A stretch of 64,000 bases of DNA from a bacterium (GTDB lineage: Bacteria > Krumholzibacteriota > Krumholzibacteriia > G020349025), in assembly GCA_031362565.1 (NCBI GenBank), contig JANLSU010000070.1:32001-96000 (forward strand), written 5' to 3'. The notes under the pieces were generated by a model. It saw only the letters and a program-made list of their open reading frames with translations, did not search any database and was not told the origin of the DNA. Every line of letters starts with the position of its first letter. Position 1 is the stretch's first letter. The translations under genes were made by a program, and so were the position numbers. Of the stretch, positions 48,382-58,374 are shown piece by piece.

Positions 48382-50234
48382 GCACCGTGCGCCTGACCGT
48401 CGCCCAAGCGCTCGTCGATTTTCTCGCCCAGCAGTACATGGCGCGCGACGGCGCCGAGCATCGCATCATCCACGGCTTCGCAGGCATCTTTGGACATGGC
48501 AACGTGACCGGCATCGGCCAAGCGATCGAGGAGCGCTCGAGCCTGCCCTTCTATCAGCCCAAGAACGAGCAAGCGATGGTGCACATGGCGGTGGCGTTCG
48601 CCAAGGCACGCGCTCGGCTCGGCACGCTCGCCTGCACGACATCGGTCGGACCCGGGGCGACGAATCTCGTCACTGGTGCCGCGGGCGCGACCATCAACCG
48701 TCTGCCGGTTCTACTCTTGCCGGGCGACGTGTTCGCGAGCCGCCTCCCCGATCCGGTGTTGCAGCAGCTCGAGCATCCGCAGTCGCTCGACACGAGCGTC
48801 AACGATTGCCTGCGGCCGGTGTCGCGCCGCTTCGATCGCATCATGCGGCCCGAGCAATTGCTGCGGGCGCTGCCGGAAGCGATGCGCGTCCTGGCATCGC
48901 CGGTCGAAACGGGTGCCGTGACGATCTGCTTGCCCGAGGATGTGCAAACCGAAGCCTACGACTGGCCGGTCGAGTTCTTCGCGAAAAGGGTGTATGCAGT
49001 GCTGCGGCCGCGCCCGGACACCAACGAACTCCAAACCGCAGTTGCGCTCCTGAAAAACTCGCGGCGGCCGTTTCTCATTGCCGGTGGCGGCGTGCACTAC
49101 GCCGGCGCCACCAACGCGCTTGCCGCGTTCGTGGAACGCACCGGGATTCCCGCCGGCGTGACGCAAGCCGGCAAGGGTGCATTGCTCGATGCGCACCCGT
49201 TCTGTCTCGGAGCCGTCGGCGTGACCGGCACCGCGGCCGCGAATCGTATCGCGGCGGAGGCCGATGTCGTCGTCGCGATCGGCACCCGCTTGGCGGATTT
49301 CACGACCGCCTCGAAGACGCTCTTCCAGCATCCGAACGTGCGCTTCGTGAATATCCAAATCGATCCCTATGACGCGCACAAACAGGGCGCGTTGCCGCTT
49401 CTGGCCGACGCCCGGGCGGGGCTCGAGGATCTGGGCGCGGCACTCGGCGGCTATTCGACGTCGAGCCCGTACCGGCGCGAAATCACCGAAGCACAATCGG
49501 CGTGGGCCCTCATGCGGGACGAGATCGTGCATCGCACCCACGGCGACACCGGTGCACTGCACCAAGCGGCGGTGCTCGCACTCCTGAACGAGCATGTCGG
49601 CCCGCGCGCCACGGTCGTGCATGCCGCCGGCGGCCTGCCGGGAGACCTGCACAAGCTCTGGCGCTCCGAGTCGGCAGCGCAGTTGCACTCCGAGTACGGT
49701 TACTCGTGCATGGGCTATGAGATCGCGGGAGCGCTCGGCGTCAAACTGGCGGATCCCGAGCGCGCCGTGTATGCATTCGTGGGTGACGGCAGTTACCTCA
49801 TGCTGCACACGGAAATCGTCACCGCGCTGCAAGAAGGACTCAAGATCACCATCGTCCTCGTCGACAACGGCGGCTACCAGTGCATTCATGGGTTGCAGCG
49901 CAGCACCGGTGGGCGGAGCTTCGGCAATGAGTTCCGCACCCGCACCGGTGGCCGCCTCGCCGGATCCCCGGTGCCGGTGGACTACGCCGCGAATGCCCGC
50001 AGCTTGGGGGCCGCGGCGTGGCACGCCCGAACCGCGGCCGAACTGCGCGCAGCACTCGCGGCAGCCGGCGCCGAGCCACGGACCTGTCTCATTCATGTGC
50101 CGGTCGAGCCCCGCCCGGTGCCGTCCTTCGCCTGGTGGGACGTCCCATCCGCCGAGGTCTCCGACATCCCGTCCGTACGAGACGCACGCCGGCGTTACGA
50201 CGCGGCGCGGGTCGCGCAACGGTTCTACTACTGA
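48378..50234 (+). CDS. iolD: 3D-(3,5/4)-trihydroxycyclohexane-1,2-dione acylhydrolase (ThDP-dependent)
   Basis: RLTVAQAL, IFGHGNV, NEQAM, SVGPGATN, EYGYSCMGYE, GDGSYLM. Confidence 0.95.
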   Translation: MSTVRLTVAQALVDFLAQQYMARDGAEHRIIHGFAGIFGHGNVTGIGQAIEERSSLPFYQPKNEQAMVHMAVAFAKARARLGTLACTTSVGPGATNLVTGAAGATINRLPVLLLPGDVFASRLPDPVLQQLEHPQSLDTSVNDCLRPVSRRFDRIMRPEQLLRALPEAMRVLASPVETGAVTICLPEDVQTEAYDWPVEFFAKRVYAVLRPRPDTNELQTAVALLKNSRRPFLIAGGGVHYAGATNALAAFVERTGIPAGVTQAGKGALLDAHPFCLGAVGVTGTAAANRIAAEADVVVAIGTRLADFTTASKTLFQHPNVRFVNIQIDPYDAHKQGALPLLADARAGLEDLGAALGGYSTSSPYRREITEAQSAWALMRDEIVHRTHGDTGALHQAAVLALLNEHVGPRATVVHAAGGLPGDLHKLWRSESAAQLHSEYGYSCMGYEIAGALGVKLADPERAVYAFVGDGSYLMLHTEIVTALQEGLKITIVLVDNGGYQCIHGLQRSTGGRSFGNEFRTRTGGRLAGSPVPVDYAANARSLGAAAWHARTAAELRAALAAAGAEPRTCLIHVPVEPRPVPSFAWWDVPSAEVSDIPSVRDARRRYDAARVAQRFYY

Positions 50235-50248
50235 ACGGAGTTGACGCG

Positions 50249-51172
50249 ATGACTGCATTCGAGCGCCAAGCCCCCTTCCTGAGCGATTGGGCGCCACGGG
50301 TCGGCATCAACCCGATCGTGTGGACCAATGACGACTTCCACGACTTAGGGAACGCCACGTCGCTCGATCGTTGCTTGTCGGAAACGCGTGCCGCCGGCTT
50401 CGCGGGCACCGAACTCGGGCGCAAGTTTCCACGCCAGCCGGAAGCGCTCCGCAGCGCACTCGCGGCGCACGGCCTGGTGCTCGTCTCGGGATGGCATAGC
50501 CTCAACGTGTTGGAGCAGGACATCGAGACCGTGTGGCAGGGCCTTCGAACCCATCTCGAACTGCTCTCGGCACTCGGAACCGACGTTGCGATCGTCGCCG
50601 AATGCACCCGCCGCAGCTACGCCGATCCGCAGGCACCGCTGCGCTTCGTACGCAATGGCGACGCGCTCGCGTCCGCCGAGTGGGATCGTTTGACCACGGG
50701 TCTCGACCACTTGGCGGCCCGCGCCGCCGAACACGGTATGCGCTTGGCCTACCATCACCACATGGGTACGGTCGTGCAAACAGCCGGCGAGGTCGACCGG
50801 CTGATGGCGGAAACTCGCGATCTCGGTTTGCTCGTCGATACCGGGCATCTGGCTTTCGCCGGCGCCGATCCGCTCGCCATGCTCGAACGTCACGCGCCGC
50901 GCGTCGTTCACGTCCACCTCAAGAATGTGCGGCCGGACGTGGTCCAGAGCGCCCGCCAAAGCGCCTGGAGTTTTTCGCAGGCGGTCCGCGCCGGTGTGTT
51001 CACGGTGCCGGGTGACGGCGGCATCGATTTCGCGCCCATCCTCGCCCGCCTGCGCCAAGCGCGGTACCGGGGCTGGCTGGTGGTCGAAGCCGAACAGGAT
51101 CCGAGCCTCGCGCCACCCTTCCAGTACGCGGCGCGGGCCCGCGACTACGTTCGCAAAGTGGCGGGTGTGTGA
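50249..51172 (+). CDS. iolE: myo-inosose-2 dehydratase
   Basis: GINPIVWTNDD, GTELG, YHHHMGT, DTGH, HVHLK, FTVPGDG, VEAEQDP. Confidence 0.93.
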   Translation: MTAFERQAPFLSDWAPRVGINPIVWTNDDFHDLGNATSLDRCLSETRAAGFAGTELGRKFPRQPEALRSALAAHGLVLVSGWHSLNVLEQDIETVWQGLRTHLELLSALGTDVAIVAECTRRSYADPQAPLRFVRNGDALASAEWDRLTTGLDHLAARAAEHGMRLAYHHHMGTVVQTAGEVDRLMAETRDLGLLVDTGHLAFAGADPLAMLERHAPRVVHVHLKNVRPDVVQSARQSAWSFSQAVRAGVFTVPGDGGIDFAPILARLRQARYRGWLVVEAEQDPSLAPPFQYAARARDYVRKVAGV

Positions 51173-52251
51173 TGGCGAAGCAGCCGCACGCGGTGACGTC
51201 CAAGATGCAAGCGACGCTGGCATTGGGCGCGTCGTTCTGGAACGACTCGTGTGATTTGCGCGAATTGCGCCACGCCGTCGACGCGGGGGCACGCGGCGCG
51301 ACATCGAACCCGGTCATTGTCGCCGAAGCGGTGAGCGCCGATCCCGCGACCTGGCTGCCGGTTGTCGACGCCTTGCTCCGCGACCACCCCACTGGGCGCG
51401 AAGACGAAATCGCTTGGCGGCTGGTCGGGGCAATGGGGCGTGAGGCAGCAGCGATTCTGGCGCCCGTGCACGCCCGCACCGGCGGCGAGCACGGCTGGTT
51501 GTGCGTGCAAACGGATCCACGGCTCTTCCGCGACGCCGAACGCATGTGCGCGCATGGACGCGAAATCGCCGCGCTGGCAGCCAACGTCGCGGTCAAGGTG
51601 CCGGCCACGGCCGCCGGCCTGCAGGCCATCGAGACGCTGACCAGCGAAGGCATCCGCATCAATGCCACGGTCAGTTTCAGTGTGTCACAAGCCCTGGCAT
51701 GCGCGGCGGCCGTCGAACGTGGGCTCGCCGCGGCCGAACGCACCGGGCGCGGCGACGCCGCAACCATCCAGCCCTGGGTGACACTCATGGTGGGACGTCT
51801 CGATGATCACTTGCGGCGTGTGATGGAGCGCGAACGTGTCACCGTAGAGCCGGGATTCCTCGACTGGGCGGGCATCGCCGTCTTCAAAAAGGCCGCCGCA
51901 CTGTTCCGCGCCCGCGGCTATCGCAGCACGCTTCTCGCCGCCGCGTACCGGCACTGCATGCATTGGACGGAACTCGTCGGTCCGGGTGTCGTCCTGTCGA
52001 TGCCGTACCGATTCTGGACCCAGTTCGATGCCTCGGACTTGGTGCCGCGCGTCGCACTCGCGGATCCGGTCGAGCCGCGCGTCGTCGCGACGCTTCTGGC
52101 GCTGTTCCCCGATTTCGCCCGCGCCATGGACGAAGAGGGTTTGTCGCCGGCCGAATTCGAGACCTTCGGCCCCTCGATCCACACTCTGCAGCAATTTCAC
52201 GCCAGCTTCGACCGCCTGGTCGGGATCGTCCGCGGCCGCCTGTTGCGCTAG
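51172..52251 (+). CDS. transaldolase-family protein (atypical active site)
   Basis: WNDS, GATSNPVI, Schiff-base VKVPAT, GIRINATVSFS, MVGRLDD. Confidence 0.88.
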   Translation: MAKQPHAVTSKMQATLALGASFWNDSCDLRELRHAVDAGARGATSNPVIVAEAVSADPATWLPVVDALLRDHPTGREDEIAWRLVGAMGREAAAILAPVHARTGGEHGWLCVQTDPRLFRDAERMCAHGREIAALAANVAVKVPATAAGLQAIETLTSEGIRINATVSFSVSQALACAAAVERGLAAAERTGRGDAATIQPWVTLMVGRLDDHLRRVMERERVTVEPGFLDWAGIAVFKKAAALFRARGYRSTLLAAAYRHCMHWTELVGPGVVLSMPYRFWTQFDASDLVPRVALADPVEPRVVATLLALFPDFARAMDEEGLSPAEFETFGPSIHTLQQFHASFDRLVGIVRGRLLR

Positions 52252-52455
52252 CACCGATTCATCTCGCAGCGTGATCCCGAATCGTCCTTCAGTGCCGATC
52301 CTGGGACGCTTTGGGTCCTTTGCCGCTTTCCCGCTCGGATGTATGTCGAATGCGTCACTCGCGATTCATGCTGGCGTCATGCTCTTGGCGCAACAATGAC
52401 CACAACGAAAGACGCCCCACAGTGCGCCAACATCTATTTGATGGGGAGAGACATC

Positions 52456-53307
52456 ATGAATCGTACGCTAGCGATCGCATTATCCGTAGTCGTCACCAGC
52501 ACATTCGGTGCATCTCAATCGCCGCGCGGGATCAGCCGCTGGTTGCCCGCAATGCCGCCGGCCGCCGCCGATGTGCTGGTGGGAATGAACGACGTGGAAC
52601 ATCCACACGACGGCACTGCGAATGAACTCGTGCAGGTCGACCTCACGACCGGCGTGGCGACAAACCTGCACGTTTTCGCGGCGGCACTGAACGACATGGA
52701 GGCGCTCTGCTACGACGCGCGCAACGCCGTACTGTGGGCCACCAACGGCGGTGTCCTGGTACGAATCAACACCACGACCTTCGACGCGGTGACCATCGGC
52801 GACACCGGTTTGGGTGACATCGACGGTTTATCGATTCAGCCAGGCACCGGCACGCTCTTCGGGATCACGTACGGCGGCAACGATTTGTTCACTATCGACA
52901 AACAGACCGGCGCCGTGACGATGATCAACGGTCACATCGAGGAGGGCTCGCGCCCCGAGGATCTCGCCTTCGATTCGACCGGCCGGCTGTACGCCCTCAC
53001 GTCCAGTAGCCTGGTCGAGTTGCGGCCGAGCGACGGAGTCCGGATTTCGAAGGTCGCGCTATCGGGTGCCTCGAGCCTCGAGTCGCTCGTGTGGTGGAAC
53101 GAGGGTGGCACTTTCCTGACCGCCGGGGATCGCGGGACAACCAAGGACCTCGCGCGCCTCGACCGGACAACCGGCGTCGCGACTTTCGTCGGCGCCGTGC
53201 ACTCCGGCAAAGTCGACATCGAGGCGCTCGCCTTCTTGCCGCAAACCCCGCCGGTCCTCGCGGTCCAAGAACGGACGTGGGGAGCCACCAAGGCGTTGTA
53301 CCAGTGA
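52456..53307 (+). CDS. secreted beta-propeller-like protein with WxxxKxxYQ tail
   Basis: GGGGAG RBS; signal peptide; repeats (LAFD..G.LY, LFTIDKQTGAVT); ends VQERTWGATKALYQ. Confidence 0.75.
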   Translation: MNRTLAIALSVVVTSTFGASQSPRGISRWLPAMPPAAADVLVGMNDVEHPHDGTANELVQVDLTTGVATNLHVFAAALNDMEALCYDARNAVLWATNGGVLVRINTTTFDAVTIGDTGLGDIDGLSIQPGTGTLFGITYGGNDLFTIDKQTGAVTMINGHIEEGSRPEDLAFDSTGRLYALTSSSLVELRPSDGVRISKVALSGASSLESLVWWNEGGTFLTAGDRGTTKDLARLDRTTGVATFVGAVHSGKVDIEALAFLPQTPPVLAVQERTWGATKALYQ

Positions 53308-53379
53308 TGCAGCGGGCGGGAGCGGCCCGCATCCGGTCCCGACGATGCATCACAACTTTGCAGATGAAAAGGCCTCCGT

Positions 53380-54981
53380 GTGTTAGAAGAGGGCTGTCGA
53401 GAGACCCTTTCGTGCGACACCGGAGGCTTCTTGCAAGCCGTCGATGCAAAATTCAGCAAGCCGGATGGAGCGGCCCGAGTCACGACGACCGGGCGCCAGG
53501 GGCTTGGCCTTGCGGTCTTCGCCGTGTGCCTGCTCGTCTACGGCATCACCGCATTCGGCGCGCTGCGCTCGCCGGACAGCGAAGTCGTGTTCGAGGTGTG
53601 TGAGGCGCTCGTCGATCACGGCACCTTCGCCGTCGAGGGCGTATCGGCGTGGGAGGGTTTCGGGCTGGCGCCAGGGCGCGACGGGCGGATGTACTCGGTG
53701 TTCGGCGTCGGCCAGTCACTGGCCTCCGTGCCGTTCTTGTGGGCGGGCCGGGCCCTGGGCCTCGCGGGCGACGGAGCGCCGGCGGGTATCAACCCCAGCT
53801 TCTACGTCGGTCAGGGCCGCGAGCAGTTCATGGACGGTGTTCCCGCCGCACCGCGCCGGCCACATGGCGACCGCTTCGTGGTCGCGTATCTCAATGTGCT
53901 CGTCAGTGCATTCGGCGCCTGGGTGTTCTTCGCTATCGCCCGGCGCCTGGCGCGGCATTCGGCTGCAGCCCTGGGAGTGACCGCGCTCTACGCCTTTGGG
54001 ACGTTGTCTTGGTCCTACTCGGGCGGCTGCTTCAGCGAGCCCCTGGCGATTCTTTTCGTGCTCCTGTCGCTGCTCGGGTTGCTGCGCAGTCAATGCTTTG
54101 CGTCGTTGGCCTCGGGGCTGGCGCTCGGTTTTGCCGTTGCGACGCACGTGACCGCGATGCTCTTCATTCCGTTCTTCGCAGCCGCTGCGTTCCTGGATGC
54201 AGAACCGCAGCGCCGCCGGCGGCGGGGATTCGAGTTCTGCGCTGGGCTCGGCGCCGTGCTGATTCTGCTCGGCCTCTTCAACCATTTGCGCTTCGGCAGC
54301 CCCTTCGAGACCGGCCGAACCGTCGATGCGACGCTGGCGCAACATTTTGGCTACGGCCATGCGGTGGCGCCGTGGGCCGGGCTCGCGGGCTTCGCGGTCG
54401 GTGGCGGCAAGAGTCTGTTCGTCTTCATCCCCGCGGTGCTGGGCGGACTGGCGCTGCTGCCCCGCTTCTTGCGCACCCATCGGATGCTGGGACTCGTCAT
54501 CACGGCAAGCGTGATCACGCGCCTCGTGTTCATTGCGGCGCGCAGCGATTGGCACGGCGGCTTCTGCCTCGGGCCGCGGCTCCTGCTCATGATCGTGCCA
54601 CTCCTGCTGTTGCCCATCGTGCCGTGGCTCGACCGGATGTTGGACGAACGGCGGCAGGGGGCGATCGTGGCCTTCGCAATTGCATCATGGGCCTGCGTGG
54701 CGGAGCAACTCGTCTTCGTCGTCGGTGAACCGTTCTCGTACTACTGGCGTCTGCTCGCGGTCTACATTCCGCGCGGCACCGATTTGTTCGCCGGCAATCG
54801 TTTGTACTTGGACTGGGCCTTCGCTCCGCTGTTGCACTTGCTGGCAGGACAAAGGGGACCGTGGCTCTGGCGCGCGATGCCGCTCTCCAACGCCGCGTTG
54901 TGGGCGGCGTTAGCCGTACTTGCCGCAGGGTTGTACGGGGTTGCAGCCTGGCTCGTGTTGCGCCGGCGCGACAGCACATGA
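53380..54981 (+). CDS. polytopic membrane protein, GT-C/ArnT-PMT-like glycosyltransferase (start uncertain)
   Basis: TM1-SPDSE, YSVFGVGQSL, FSEP, RFGSPFETG, WHGGFCLGPRLL; more than 10 TM helices. Confidence 0.65.
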   Translation: MLEEGCRETLSCDTGGFLQAVDAKFSKPDGAARVTTTGRQGLGLAVFAVCLLVYGITAFGALRSPDSEVVFEVCEALVDHGTFAVEGVSAWEGFGLAPGRDGRMYSVFGVGQSLASVPFLWAGRALGLAGDGAPAGINPSFYVGQGREQFMDGVPAAPRRPHGDRFVVAYLNVLVSAFGAWVFFAIARRLARHSAAALGVTALYAFGTLSWSYSGGCFSEPLAILFVLLSLLGLLRSQCFASLASGLALGFAVATHVTAMLFIPFFAAAAFLDAEPQRRRRRGFEFCAGLGAVLILLGLFNHLRFGSPFETGRTVDATLAQHFGYGHAVAPWAGLAGFAVGGGKSLFVFIPAVLGGLALLPRFLRTHRMLGLVITASVITRLVFIAARSDWHGGFCLGPRLLLMIVPLLLLPIVPWLDRMLDERRQGAIVAFAIASWACVAEQLVFVVGEPFSYYWRLLAVYIPRGTDLFAGNRLYLDWAFAPLLHLLAGQRGPWLWRAMPLSNAALWAALAVLAAGLYGVAAWLVLRRRDST

Positions 54982-55003
54982 TCAAGGGCGTGGGCGCTAG
55001 GGT

Positions 55004-56923
55004 TCACGCCTTGACGGTGCGCGGGCGCGCGGCGAGCGCCAGGAACAAGCAAACGACCGCAATGAGTGCCAGCGTAACGAGCTTGCCGGCGGTACCGGAT
55101 ACGAGCGGGTCGTGGGTTTTGGGAATCGCGCCGAAGCCCACGAGGGCGGCCACGAGGACGCCCGCCAGTCCCTCGCCGGCGACCAAGCCCGAGGCCGCCA
55201 ACACGCCGGCGTCGCCGCCGGACTGCGCGGCGCGCTCGCCGCGCGAACGTTCGACGCGGGCCCGCACACAGCCGCCGACGAAAATCGGCAGCATCGAAGA
55301 GAGCGGCAAATACACCCCGATCGCGAACGCCAGGCCCGAAACCCCGCAGAGCATCGCGGCGCCCGAAACGCCGGCACCGCTCAGCACGAGCCCCCAAGGG
55401 AGATCGCCCGAGAGCACACCCTCGATGATGGTCTTCATGAGGGTGGCTTGCGGCGCCGCCAGTTCCGCCGAACCAAACTCGTAGGTGCGGCCGAGCAGCA
55501 ACACCGTGCCGGCCACCGCCCAGCAGGCGAACGAAGCGCCGATGAGCTGCCCGAGCTGCTGTTTGGCCGGCGTCGCGCCGACCAAGAAGCCGGTCTTGAG
55601 ATCCTGTGAAATGTCGCCGGCCTTGGAAGCGGCGATGGCGACAATGGTGCCGACGGTGAGCACCGCGGCGCGCGCATTCGCATCCCGCCATCCGAGGGCC
55701 GCGAACACCGCCGCGACACCGAGCAGCGTCACGAGGGTGATTCCCGAAGTCGGTTGCGAGGAAACGCCGACGATTCCGACGATACGCGCCGCAACCGCCA
55801 CGAAAAGAATACCGAACAGGCCGACGCCAGCCGCACACACGAGCCGCGCCCCGAGCCCCATGTGACCGGCGAAGACACCGGGCACGAGCGCCGAGACCAC
55901 AATCACCGCGACGACGGCGCCAATGACGAAGCGGCCGGAAAGATCGCGATCGGCATCCGGATTGAGCACCGCCCCCGCCGGGGACTCGCCGCCGCCCGCA
56001 TCGGGCCCGGCCGTTCGCCGTTCGGCTCGCAAGCCACGCGCCACGGCGCGAAAGGCGCCGAACATCGTCGGGAAATTGCGCACCACGGTCACAATGCCGG
56101 CGGTCGCAACCGCGCCCGCGCCCACAAAACGCACGTAGCGCGACCAAATCTGCCCCGACGTCATGTCGCCGACGAGTTTCTGTGTTTCGGGCAAAAGCGG
56201 TGTCGTGAGACTGACGCCGATGAATGCAATGAGCGGCGTCAGTGCAAACGCTGAAACGACAGATCCCGCGACAATGACCGCCGACTGGCGGTAGCCGAGG
56301 ATGTAGCCGATCGCCAGCAATGCCGGTGCGAGTTCGATCGCGATTTCGGCTTTCGGCAAGAACGGCACTGCACCGGCGACGATGCCGGGCGAGAGAAAGA
56401 GCACGGCGATCAAGACCTTCACGCCGGCGCCGACGGCCATGCCGCGGAAAATCCAGACGCCGCCCGAGGCATCGGTGGTCGTGGCGCGCAACACTTCGGC
56501 GCACGCCGTGCCCTCGGGGTACGGCAGCTCCTTCGCGCCTTGGACGATCAACAAACGCCGCAACGGGATCATCGCCGCGAGCCCGAGCACGCCGCCCAGG
56601 AACGCCAGCACGACGACCTGCCAATAGGGCGGCGCCATGCCCCACAGGAAAAGCGCCGGAATGGTGAAGATGGTGCCGGAGGTGAGCGACGTCGAGGCCG
56701 AACCGATCGTCTGCGCCAAGTTGGCTTCGAGAATCGTACCGCGCAGCCGGAAGACCTTGAAGACCGCGACCGCCATGACGGCCGCCGGAATCGACGCCGA
56801 CACCGTCATGCCGACGCGCAGGCCCAAGTAGGCATTTGCGGCCCCGAACACCAGCCCCAAGACAATGCCGGTGACGACCGCCTTGAAGGTGAACTCGGCA
56901 ATGCCCTCGCGCGCGAACGCCAC
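55004..56923 (-). CDS. OPT-family oligopeptide transporter
   Basis: ANAYLGLRVGMTVSASIPAAV, LPYPEGTACAEVL, QDLKTG.LVGATP, APQATLM. Confidence 0.93.
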   Translation of the reverse strand: MAFAREGIAEFTFKAVVTGIVLGLVFGAANAYLGLRVGMTVSASIPAAVMAVAVFKVFRLRGTILEANLAQTIGSASTSLTSGTIFTIPALFLWGMAPPYWQVVVLAFLGGVLGLAAMIPLRRLLIVQGAKELPYPEGTACAEVLRATTTDASGGVWIFRGMAVGAGVKVLIAVLFLSPGIVAGAVPFLPKAEIAIELAPALLAIGYILGYRQSAVIVAGSVVSAFALTPLIAFIGVSLTTPLLPETQKLVGDMTSGQIWSRYVRFVGAGAVATAGIVTVVRNFPTMFGAFRAVARGLRAERRTAGPDAGGGESPAGAVLNPDADRDLSGRFVIGAVVAVIVVSALVPGVFAGHMGLGARLVCAAGVGLFGILFVAVAARIVGIVGVSSQPTSGITLVTLLGVAAVFAALGWRDANARAAVLTVGTIVAIAASKAGDISQDLKTGFLVGATPAKQQLGQLIGASFACWAVAGTVLLLGRTYEFGSAELAAPQATLMKTIIEGVLSGDLPWGLVLSGAGVSGAAMLCGVSGLAFAIGVYLPLSSMLPIFVGGCVRARVERSRGERAAQSGGDAGVLAASGLVAGEGLAGVLVAALVGFGAIPKTHDPLVSGTAGKLVTLALIAVVCLFLALAARPRTVKA

Positions 56924-57100
56924 GCAACAACCCCCTTTTGGAAGGCCGCACTGTAGCACTTCCGGCGCCCGGCGCGGTGGAGCGGTACCCGCCCGCTCGG
57001 CACAACTCTCCGGCTTGCGCGCACGCCTTCGACGGAGCAGAATTCCGGCACCTGTCCGCTGCGCATCAGGCCCCCGGCCTTCTGTGGAGGGCGATGTCGA

Positions 57101-57580
57101 ATGCGTCCGTCCGTACCTCGTTTCGTGTTGGTCCGCCGTCGCGCCGGAGCGGCGCTCATCGTCGGATGGGCACTCCTATTCGCCAATTGCGGCGATCACG
57201 CCACGGCGCCCCCGGCGCCGACGAACTTCCAGATCGTGAGTGGATTGGAAAACGGCTGGGCCGGGTCCGGCCACGAAATCCGCGTCGGACCTGTGGTCGC
57301 AGAGCGCGACTCATGGGCTGGGCGTGGCGCGCCGCATACGACCGCAACCATCCGGATCGACACCGCAACCCGGACCGCGCTCGTGGCTGCCGTCGACGAA
57401 AGCGCGCTCGGCGCATTGCCGGAGGTCATCGGCTGTCCCGGTTGCACCGACGGTCCGATGGAATGGATCGAGGTTCAACGCGGGGCGTTCCACAGGCGGG
57501 TGACTTTCAGTCCGTGGGATGATCTGGGCGCAGGCAATGCGGCATTGCTGCAACAAGTGCGGACGTTGCGCGCCGATTGA
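57101..57580 (+). CDS. hypothetical lipoprotein
   Basis: Lipobox-like LLFANC; IGCPGCTDG motif. Confidence 0.55.
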   Translation: MRPSVPRFVLVRRRAGAALIVGWALLFANCGDHATAPPAPTNFQIVSGLENGWAGSGHEIRVGPVVAERDSWAGRGAPHTTATIRIDTATRTALVAAVDESALGALPEVIGCPGCTDGPMEWIEVQRGAFHRRVTFSPWDDLGAGNAALLQQVRTLRAD

Positions 57581-57750
57581 CCGCTCGTGGCAATCGCGGC
57601 ATCAGCGATCGTGCGCCGGGAGAACGACCACACGCTGCACGCCGCGCTCCGTGCCCGCATCGCCGACCACTGCCGAGTTCGCAGTCACGTTTGTCGAGAA
57701 GTACGCGGCGTCGAAGTCAATGGCAGAAGTTCGGGAGCATCCTCCGAAAC

Positions 57751-58374
57751 GTGGGCTGGCGAATTCCAAAGGAACACGGCGCTTGGGCGATGCTCCTCGT
57801 GCCCTTGGTGCTGGGCATCGCGGTAGGTGGCACGTGGCAATCGCGCGTGTTCGTCGTCGCGGCAGCGGCGATCGTCGCATTCACTTCGCGTGAGTCGCTC
57901 GCCATCGCAGTGCGCAAACGCCGGCGCGGCCGAGTTGTCGGGCCGGCGGTTCGAGATTTCGCGTTGCAGGCGGGGGTCGCGCTGGCGTGCGGAGTGTGGC
58001 TCGTGGTTCACGAGCGCCTCGTCGCGCTTGTGCCCATGGTTGCGGCAGGCATTCTTCTGCTGGGAATGCACGCCTTCCAGCTGCAACGGCGCGAGCAGCG
58101 CACTGTCAGTGCAGAAGTGCTCGTGATCCTGAGCCTGACGATGACGACTTGGAGCGGCGATCATTCGTCGGGGAACTGGCCGCGCAATTCATCCGGGACG
58201 GGACCATGGCCGCACCAACCGACGAAGCCGGCCGGCTTGGCTACCAGCCATTCGGGATGCGCGCCTCGCAGGTACGAGAGGCGCACGATGGGCTGCGGCA
58301 AGTCGATTTCACGCAGATCGTCGAAACCAACGTCGGGTAGGAACGGCACCTTGAGCCGCAGGTGCGGCATGTAA
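57751..58374 (+). pseudogene. YwiC-like membrane protein, apparently 3'-truncated
   Basis: IPKEHGAWAMLLVP YwiC-like start. TM character stops near 58150 and the remainder is antisense read-through into the convergent gene. Confidence 0.55.

Noticed and set aside
55004..56923. OPT transporter as importer for the putative signalling peptide
   Set aside because: It lies about 51 kb away and is a common gene; nothing in the sequence links the two
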